From Macrostomum hystrix (Eukaryota; Animalia; Platyhelminthes), in the NCBI GenBank assembly GCA_950097015.1, contig CATNEN010000007.1, positions 4,526,001 to 4,590,000 of the forward strand: a DNA stretch of 64,000 bases, given 5' to 3'. A program made the position numbers and the translations under genes. Each line of letters opens with the position of its first letter. Within the stretch, counting starts at the first letter, position 1. This document shows, piece by piece, positions 25,798 to 35,400 of this stretch. The notes below the pieces were generated by a model. It was not told the DNA's origin and searched no databases. It saw nothing but the letters and a program-made list of their open reading frames with translations.

Positions 25798-26785
25798 AGC
25801 ACATTGTGTACATGTCTTCGCAAATTCTAGCCGTCATAGTCTGAAAAAACAAGAAGGATTTCTTCTTGAAAATGGAACCAGACTCAAGGGGAGCAATGGA
25901 AAAATCTTTCGATGTCAGGATGTTATTAACTGTTGTACTTTCCTTGTTGTGCGAGTAATTCAAAATTTGTTGTTTACTTTGTCCTTCGTTGATTAGGTCA
26001 ACAAAGTCCGAAAGAGCAAAGACAAGGTAGAGTGAAAACAGTATCAATCAACAATGCGGCAATAAATTACTTCATTGTAAATTATTCTTTGAAATGTTTC
26101 TGTTGTAGCATAATTACGTATTAAATCTCAGTAAACTACGAGCTAGTATATCCTTAGAAATTCATAGTTAAAAGCATCGTATATTCCGTAGAACTTTGTT
26201 AGTCAGTACTCGAAAATATTTACTTCTATCGGAATGATTTGTATTGCAATACTTGAAATAACATGCTCGCTTCTTTGACCAAATCGAGTGGCTACGTTTG
26301 AAACGCTGAGTTAATCGCGATTTAATTGTTCGATTCATGGAAATTTTAAATCTCAAAATGACAAATTAGAAAGCAAAATTTCATTTGTTAAATGTTAAAT
26401 ATGAGTTAATATAAAGCCTATACATTGTTGTCAAACAAGCACTGCATCATTACTCGGATATTGTTCTAGTTTATAAGTGTAAAAATTGTAGTGCTGTTAT
26501 CAAAGCAACTAAAGTAAAAAATAAATTCTAGCTGTTAATATTAATGTTTGTCTGTACTGTTTTTCACAGTCTGACTTAGACTTGTATTATTACTTAGATT
26601 TGATTATTATATTTTTGCACACTTCAAAACGTAAAAAACGAGGTTTATAACAAAATGTAGCTTTATGTCAATATAATGCTGGATTGACCATCAGATAAGA
26701 CTTTTGTTAATTAAAACGGTTTTTTAAATAATAAAATCTATTTGAAAATCAAACGAAAATAAGATAGGTATCTATACGTCTAGTT

Positions 26786-28447
26786 AGGTCGAAGTGCAGT
26801 CCGGAATTTTTTCGGACAAACGAGACCGAGATATGATTGCCCGGAGACTCCCCCCAACGTAAAATCAACGTTTTAGAAACTAAAATTGATGCAGAATTAA
26901 AACCACTTGAGATAAAAACCATGTGGGACCCCTCTATGGACGTAAAACATTTAGGGCACAAGATGAGAGACGTGAAATTTCCATAGCAACGCGTCTTGGT
27001 TGCCATGGCAACGAAAAAGTGACTTTTTTGAGACCCGTCGAAATCTTGAATCTCAAAAAATAAGGATTCACAATATGGAGTCAAAAATTGATTGAACCCA
27101 ATTTTGAAGCTGGGTTCAAACCAAAGTTTGAAAAAAACAGAGAGCGGTCAAAGTCGAATGCTGCTGTCAGCGACGACTCCGAACGGGGGGCGCGGCTGCT
27201 CTAGCGCGGCGAGCGACTTTTGCAACCCCCAACCAAGGGGCGGCTGCTGCTGGCGCGGCGAACGACTTTTGCAACCCCAACCAAGGGGCGGCTGCTGCTA
27301 GCGCGGCGAGCGACTTTTGCAACCCCAACCAAGGGGCGGCTGCTGCTAGCGCGGCGAGCGACTTTTGCAACCCCAACCAAGGGGCGGCTGCTGCTAGCGC
27401 GGCGAGCGACTTTTGCAACCCCAACCAAGGGGCGGCTGCTGCTAGCGCGGCGAGCGACTTTTGCAACCCCAACCAAGGGGCGGCTGCTGCTGGCGCTGCT
27501 GGTAACGATATTGAGAGGGGGGCTGGTCGGGAAGGCCAGTAGCTGCTGCTGACTGTTAAACGGGCTTCATCTCGCTGCTTTTATATATTTTTATTAATTA
27601 ATACTAAGGTACTTGTCTTCGTTCCTCGAACCCAGTTTCTGTTTAAGGCAGCGTTTTCACACTGTACTCTTTAAGCACTTTTAAGTACTCTGGTATTCTT
27701 TTAAAGTGCGTACTTTAAATTAGGCGAGTACTTTTTAAAGTGCATTTCAGTCTGTCATCATCCATCCTAATTTTGTACTATATGAAAATCCCAATAATCG
27801 CTGGTACATTAGTGCATACTCGCAACGTAAAATTAGCAAATTTATTATATGCATTTTAAAGTTACCATGCTTAGGGAATAACGAATATGTTCGGTCCCAT
27901 TAATTATATCCTACGTACTGAAGTAACGCAACATCATAATTATAAATTAATTTTGTATTTAAATATTATGTTCCAACCTGTCTATCCTGGTGATTCGAGT
28001 TGAATAACTTTGAGCATTCTAATTAATTAAATATTAATATATATGGTAACGCTGGCTTGATGGCACCACTCGTGTGTGTGTGTCTGCCCGTTCGTGTTGT
28101 TGCATGTGCAAAACAAATGCTGTTTTGGATAAATATTGTGGATCATCTTTCCTTTAATTATCTGTTTATGTTTTTTGTCAGGTGGGCATAGGTAGATAGG
28201 TAGATAGATCTCCTACTGTCTCTCTCACTCTCCAATTCTCCCCGCTCCCTCCCGCTGTTTTCACTTTTGTTTAATTTTGTTCCCTAATAAAAACAAAAAA
28301 ATCGACCCCTCCCTGCCCATATGTGGGTCCCACATTCGGCTAAGTTTTTTAATATTTACAACGTTTTTTTGTTCATTTTATTGGGTGACATGATCAGAAG
28401 TAAAAAATAATTCCGAAATATTAAGCAATATTAGTGCACTTCGACCT
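26786..28447. mobile_element. Possible non-autonomous DNA element bounded by a 13 bp inverted repeat (AGGTCGAAGTGCA ... TGCACTTCGACCT)
   Basis: Inverted 13-mers at 26786-26798 and 28435-28447; no TSD identified and no coding capacity seen. Confidence 0.3.
27190..27495. repeat. GC-rich minisatellite, 48 bp unit (GCGACTTTTGCAACCCCAACCAAGGGGCGGCTGCTGCTAGCGCGGCGA)
   Basis: About 6 copies; explains ORFs between 27092 and 27552. Confidence 0.95.
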
Positions 28448-28819
28448 GCTAAGGTGGCACACCTTCAATCTAGTCAGATTTTTTAGATTTGGCTAACAGA
28501 AAACTCTACTTAAATAACAGATCAGTAAGCTTGCTGGTAAATAGTTATTCAGACGTGTTGTTTACCATTAAGTTACGATCAAAACTAATTTTAATCTCTA
28601 AAACTGAAAAATAAGAAAAAACGCGATAAGAATTGAAACAACGGGCTACTAATTAAATGTTAAAGTCTTTCCGATTCTGTGTCATTTTGTGTCAAACTAA
28701 TCTGCTCTGTATAGCCTAACTACTGTACACAAAACGTTTTAAAAGGTATATAAAGCATGGTATTATAAAAATGTATATGTATTGGGCGAGGAAAGAGTTT
28801 ATGATTATTGCTTATATAA

Positions 28820-29030
28820 GCTTGAAGCGTTTTAAACGTCATGGGTTCGATTCCCGACTCCACTGAAACAATTGGTTTCCTTCAGCAAGACACTTAACTC
28901 TGCATTGCTTCAGTTCACCCAGCTGTTACATTGGTCCCAGCATTAGCCAGGGTAGCTGAGGGTTGGGTCTGGCGTCCAGTCCATGGACTGCGGCCATATC
29001 TCTCCTTTGTTGGGGCAAGTTGCATAAAAA
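28820..29030 (+). mobile_element. SINE family B (CORE-like) copy
   Basis: B box GGGTTCGATTCC followed by CCTTCAGCAAGACACTTAACTCTGCATTGCTTCAGTTCACCCAGCTGT, then CAGTCCATGGACTG; shared with 43447-43736. Confidence 0.8.
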
Positions 29031-29428
29031 ACCTATATTTTTATTGTTATAATGAGTATAAAATATGCTATTTTTGTAAAAAAATAAAGGTTTATAAAAT
29101 GGATTGAATCAGGCAAGCAAAATTTCTGGCAGAAAAAATATCAAGAGGCATTAAAAAATAAAATGTTTGATTATCTTCTTGTGTTTGTAATAGAGTATCG
29201 TGTGTTATAAAAAGGTTTCAATTAAAGAAAACGAATCAAATCACAGCCATTGAATATCCTCAAAGCAGTTGTCAGTCGAAGTGCTTCTCTACAAAGAATT
29301 TTCGAACGAGCATAAATTATAATAACTATGTAGTGCTAATTGCTAATGTAAGATCTACGAGCTCAGTTTAATTTTTAGTTATTGTTCAATTCAAAGTTGT
29401 CCATCGGCTCTGCAGTCCTCGCCGATCG

Positions 29429-32400
29429 TCACTTCTGCCTGATCTGGCGGTCGGCTGGCCCGATGCCGCACATTCGCAGCACCTTCTCGGGTGTCAGCGG
29501 CGGGTCGAAGGCCAGGAACTGCCTCGGCTTCCCGCTCTGCTCGCGGAAGGCCTCGACTGCGCGCTTCACCGCCGTGACGCAGGTGGCGGCCAGGCAGATG
29601 GGCGGCTCGCCGATGGCCTTCGTGCTGAGCACACCGGCCGAGTTCGGCGAATCGCGCAGCAGGTGGACGCGGAGGTCGCGCGGAATGTCGGCCGCCTGCG
29701 GCACCTGCGGGTGGGGAAAATTGGGAATAGAATGGAATAGAATGGAATAGAATGGAATAGAATGGAATAGAATGGAATAGAATGGAATAAGATCATAGAT
29801 AGGAATAGAAGGCGGTGGGCACAGTATAGTAAACATAAATTATAGTAGATCAAAACAGAATAGTGTAGTCTGGCTTGTTGGTGCGCGTGCACTTAGATGT
29901 GCACGCGCGGCTTGTTTGGGGTGGGGGGTTTAGCGCTGCAGCGTGCGTTCGCTTAGGGTGGTTGCACCCACCCCAACTTTGCCGTTAAATATATTTGCGT
30001 GAGCCAGTGAGGGCTCCGTGCGTGATTGTTATGTTCTACAACTTAACCCACGGTCTTACACTGGTGGCAGCGGTCTCACTATGGCCAAATCAGAGCAAGC
30101 CAGTCTATTGCCTTCAAAGTTTAGCGGCGACTCCAACGTGAGAACGTGGCTCAGCACGTTTGAGGACTTCGCCGACGACTGCGAATGGGACGACAAGAAG
30201 AAGTCAAAGAAGCTGAGACTGCTGGTGACAGGAGAAGCACAAATCTTTGTCTGGGAGCAGCCAGAAGACGTGTCAGCCAGCTATGAAAAGCTGAAGGAGA
30301 AGCTGATCGAGTGCTTTGGCAACAGTCTAAGCTGCTACAGAGCAATGGAGGACTTCGAAGAGCGTAAGCGACAGCCTAACGAGTCGCTGAGGGAGCTGGC
30401 CTACAGCCTGAAGCTTCTCCACCTTCGGGCCCGCCCGGACGACTCCGTGGCGGCTCGGGAAAAGGACGTAAAGTTTCGACTGATGCGCCTCCTGCCATCT
30501 GCCGTGCGAGATGCGCTGTTGAAGGACCAGGACGTGGACTCGTGTTCGCTGGCCGCCATCGTCGACAGAGCTGCGCGGCTTGAGCTGGTGAGCCACGCGA
30601 CTACACTACACAGTCATAACATAACAATCACGCACGGAGCCCTCACTGGCTCACGCAAATATATTTAACGGCAAAGTTGGGGTGGGTGCAACCACCCTAA
30701 GCGAACGCACGCTGCAGCGCTAAACCCCCCACCCCAAACAAGCCGCGCGTGCACATCTAAGTGCACGCGCACCAACAAGCCAGACTACACTACTTTCCCC
30801 CTAGAAGCAAAAGACAGTCCCAAGTCAAGCAAAGCCCGCCATGTACAAATCCGGTGGCCGCCGCTCTCTAGCCGATCGCCGCGGGACAATGACCGGCTCG
30901 GCCGGTGCCGCCGGCGGCTCATCGTGTACCTCGTCTGCCTGCAGCTCGGGCCAGAAGGCCACCGCGTCGCCGCCAGGATCGGCCGCTTGCCCGGGCGGCT
31001 CTGCGGCGGTGCCGTCGTTGTCGGCGTCGGCTGCCGGCGGTCGACGGTCTGCAGCGGCTGGAAGCTCCAGTGACGCCCGCCGCTGCACGAAGCGCTTGAG
31101 GCGGTCGTGGTGCACCACCAGCCGGCGCCTGCGGCCAGTCTCGTCCTGGATGCGGTAATTGACCTCACCCAGGCGCCTCAGGACTCGGTACGGCCCCTTC
31201 CACTTGGCGCTGAGGCACCGTGTCTGGCCGCGCTTGATGACAGAGTTGCGCAGCATCACTAGCTGGCCCTCTTCGAACGGCACGAACCGAGAGTCCCGGT
31301 TGGCCAGCCGGTTGCGCTCGACCTGGGCGCTTCGCAGTCGGCTGTGCACCGTGTCGAAGGCGCTCTGCAGGTTCTCCTGAGTCCGCCGCAAGAAGCCGTG
31401 ATGTTCACCGTCGGCTGCCGGCCGGTCGCCGCTTATCAGCCAACTGTCGAGAGCCAGCCTCGGTGGCCAGCCGTGGAGGACCTGGTATGGGCTGAGGCCG
31501 GTCGTGCTGTGCACGGAGGTATTGTAGGCCCAGGTCACATACGGCAGCTTGCTGTCCCAGTCCTGCTGGTTCTCGGCCACCGTCGTCGCCAGCATGTCAC
31601 CGAGCGTCCGGTTGCCTCGCTCGACGATTCCGTTTCCGCTCGGATGAAACGGCGACGTGCGCGTCTTCTCGACGCCCAGCTGCTCGCAGAGCCGGCCGAA
31701 CACCTCGCTCTCGAATTGACGCCCCTGGTCACTGTGCAGCACCTGAGGAGCGCCGTGACGCAGAACTACCGACTTGAGCAGTGCATCTGCCACCGTCACC
31801 GCGTCGATCCCCGCCAGGGCTGCCGTCTCCATCCACTTGGAGAAGGCGTCGCACATGCTCAGGATGTACGCCTTGCCATCGGTCGTACGCGGAAGCGGCC
31901 CTTTGATGTCGATCTGCACCAGCTGCCACGGAGCCGTCGGCTGGCACGTCGACTGCAGCGGCGCTTTCTGCGGCTTGGTTGGACTCTTCTTGGCCAGGCA
32001 GACCGCGCAGCTGGCCACCCAGTTCTCGACGTCCCGTCGCAGACCAGGCCACCAGCAGCGCTCAGACAGCCTCGCTCCGGTCCTGTCGACGCCGAGGTGT
32101 CCGCTCTGGTCGCACGAGTGCGCCTGCTGCAGGAAATGTGGCCGCAGGTGACCGGGAATGACTGGCCGGCCACCCACCAGCAGGACACCCGCCGAGCTCA
32201 CCGAGGCCCCGTCCAGCAGCTCGCGAACCTGCGCCGCCCATGAATCGGACAGGCTGTCGACTCCTTCGGTCAGCGCCTGGAACGCCTTGCTCAGCAGCGG
32301 GTCTTGCCGTTGCTCCTCGTGTAGGCTGCTGTCGTCCCACCGAGGCTGCAGGCGCGTGCCGGCCACCCGGCTCAGCGCATCCGGCACGACGTTGTCCCTG

Positions 32401-35400
32401 CCAGGTCGGTACAGCAGCTCGAACGAAAATTGCTGCAGCGTCGAAAGCCATCGCGCCAGCCGACCTTCGGGGTCCTTCGTTGTCAGCAGACCTTGCAGTG
32501 GCCGGTGATCCGAGTAGACTCTGAAGTTCGGGACACTCAGCAGGTACGTCCTGAAGTGCTTCAAACTCCAGACCAGCGCCAGCAGCTCACGGTCGGTCGC
32601 CGAGTAGTTGCGCTCGGCCTTGTTGAGGGTGCGCGAGGCGAACGCCACAGGCAGCTCGGCGTCTCCGTGCAGCTGGCTGAGCACCGCCCCGACGGCGAAC
32701 TGACTGCTGTCGCAGCTGAGCACGAACTGCTTGGTGAAATCCGGCAGTCTCAGCACCGGAGCCGTCGTCAGCTGATCTTTCAACTCGTGGAACGCTCGCT
32801 CGCAGTCGCTGCTCCACTCGAAGTCCCTCGATTTCACGCTGACGTCATGCAGGACCCTCGCCGTCTGGCTGAAGCCTGGGATGAACCGGCGGTAGAACCC
32901 CAACATTCCGAGGAACCGCTTCACCTCCTCGGTCGTTGTTGGGCTGGGCATGCTGCGAATGGCCTCGACCTTGCCGGGATCCGGTGCGATGCCCTGCTCG
33001 CTGATCAGGTGTCCCAGGTACAGCACCCGGCGATGACCGAACGCGCTCTTGGCCTTGTGCAGCTTGAGTCCCGCGTCTCGCAACCGCTTGAAAACTTCCG
33101 CCAGCCTCTCTAAGTGGTCGTCGAACGTCCTGCTGAAGACAATGATGTCGTCGATGTAAGTCAGCACGGACTCCCAAGACAGGCCGGACATCACAAGCTC
33201 CATGAGCCGCTGGAACGTCGCCGGGGCGTTGCACATACCGAAGCCCATCTTGCAGAATTGCATCAGGCCGCGCGTCGAATAGAAGGCCGTCTTGTGCCGG
33301 TCCTCCTCCGCCACCTCCACCTGGTGGTAGCCCTGCCGGCAGTCGATGGTGGAGAACCAGGAGCATCCGACAAGCGCATCCATGGCCTGCTGCAGGTGCG
33401 GTAGTGGGTACGCGTCCCTGACGGTGCAGGCGTTGAGCTGCCGCCAGTCCGTGCACAGTCTGATGTCGCCGTCTTTCTTGCGGACTACCAGCAGGTTGCT
33501 GGCCCATGGCGATGTCGACGGCTCGATGATGCCGCTGTCCAGCATCTGGCCGATCTTTTTGTCCACCTGGCCTCGCACAGACAGTGGCAGCCTGCGCTGG
33601 ACCTGCCGGTGTGGCCGCGCTCCGGGCACCAGCTCGATCTGGTGTTGCAGCAACGCCGTCGTGCCCAGGTCGTACTCGTGCCTTGCGAACAGGTCCTCGT
33701 TGCGCTCCAGCAGCTGTCGCAGCCTCGCAGCATCCCGTTCGGGCAGCTCCGCGTTGATGTTCCAACCGACGGGGGTCTCATGGGCCGCCTCCTGGCGACC
33801 GTCCTCGTCTGTCATCGCGCCTTCGAACGTGCCGACCGCCTTGTTGGCGTACAGCAGCACGGGCTCCTCTGCCAGGTTGCACATTTTCACCGGGATGCGG
33901 CAGCCATCTGAGACCGCCAGCACGCGGGCCGGCAGGATGGCGGTGGACTTCACGAAGTCCTCAGACGGCTCAAAGACTCCCTGCTCGCCGCTGGAATCCA
34001 CCTTGAGCCACACCAGCTTCTCGCTGCGGGCGGGCAGCTCCGTAGTTGCCGCCACACGCGCCACCAGGACACTCGGTACCAGGCGACAGTCTGCTCGAGC
34101 CGGCTCGCTGCTGAAAGGCACAGTTGTACTATCAAACTTAACGACGCCTTCTTTAATGTCGATGGTCATCGCCTGCGAAACCTCGCCGATGAAGTCCATG
34201 CCGATGATCAGGCTGGGCTGGATGCCGTCCACGACTGTGAAGCGATGGCGCACGCGGATGGTCTTGCCAATAGAAACATCCGCTGCTGACAGGCCTAGGC
34301 AGCGCAGCCGGGATCCGTCGACAGCAGTCGGCAGCGCACCGATGTCGGTGCAGTCGATCTTGCACGGCAATCTGTCGAACAGTGACTTATCCATCAACGA
34401 AACTTGCGCGCCGGTGTCGAGCAGAGCGGGCGCTGACACGCTGCCAAAGTGCACCTTCACGAAGACTGAAGGCGCTGATCTAAGGGCCCCTTTTGAGCGG
34501 GTCGGTGCTGGCCCCAGGCTGCCGACCCTCAGAAGTTTCCCTGCGGCTGTCCAGTTGGTGTCGGGCACACCGCGGCGGAGTGACCTTTGCCTGAGCACCG
34601 GCTGCAGCGGATGCCGGTCGCCTTTGGGCACCGCCTAGCGATGTGACCCAGCTCGCCGCAGCTGAAGCACTTAATGGGTCCCTTCTGACGCCTGTCTCTT
34701 CCGGGTGGTCCCGCTCGCACGCTGGCTGTCAGCTGCTGCATCTGCTGCTCCAGCTGGCTCAGCCGTCTGTCTTCCACTGACACCGCAGCTGATGAGGCTG
34801 TGTAGTCTCAGAATAGAATAGAATTCAATGGAACAGTCGCATGTACATTAGAGCGGTCACAGCGGGATGCGGGATATATATAGTGAGATGCAAGGCTATT
34901 CACGATTAAAACTCACGGTGTGACAAGTCATAAGTTCTGCCACCCAAAATTCTTCTTCTAATTCTCCCTTCGCAAGTGCTCTCACAATAGTTTGAACACA
35001 ACAAGCCCCTATCAGGTCTCTGTGGGCCCACCTTGTAGTTCCAGGTGCCATCCGTGATGTTTTTGCCGCTGTCGCCATCGTACAAGGTGCGCTCCATTGT
35101 GTACAGGCCCAGGCCCATGACGAAGGCGCCTTCGATCTGGCCGATGTCGACGCCCGGATTCAGCGACTTCCCGACGTCCATCATGAGGTCGGCGCGTCGG
35201 ATCTCGAACTCGCCGGTGAGGATGTCGACCTCGGCTTCCGTCACCCCGACGCCCGTGCTGCAGTAGCGGCTGCCCTTCCGGTTGCCGTTGTTCGAAAAGT
35301 ACCTGAAGAGGACGAACAGAGCGGATTTCAGAAATAGAACCCCTGGCAACAGTTACCTTGGATACAATAAGTATAAATCATTTCTCAAATAAATTTTTCG

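Larger units (their letters stand above)
29864..34808. mobile_element. Ty3/Gypsy LTR retrotransposon, internally inverted, in the last intron of the aldehyde oxidase gene
   Basis: Plus strand: 5'LTR TGTAGT...CTTACA 29864-30060, PBS 30062-30074, gag 5' part. Minus strand: gag 3' part, pol, PPT AGGGGGAAAGTAG 30802-30790, and a truncated 3'LTR 30789-30618 that appears identical to 29864-30035. Confidence 0.95.

Noticed and set aside
30018-30668. 216 aa ORF as a complete or domesticated gag gene
   Set aside because: Its first 21 and last ~22 codons are LTR-derived; it is the broken 5' half of the element's gag.
31344-34638. Plus-strand ORFs of 299, 227 and 430 aa, and similar ORFs opposite the P450, aldehyde oxidase, innexin and WW exons
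   Set aside because: Shadow ORFs of GC-rich coding sequence on the other strand or frame; no recognisable motifs.
34529-35032. In-frame aldehyde oxidase-Gag/Pol fusion via the cryptic acceptor ACACAG| near 34798
   Set aside because: Splicing from the phase-0 exon 13 to this site reads CCT CAT CAG ... GGC TGA, out of the gag frame.
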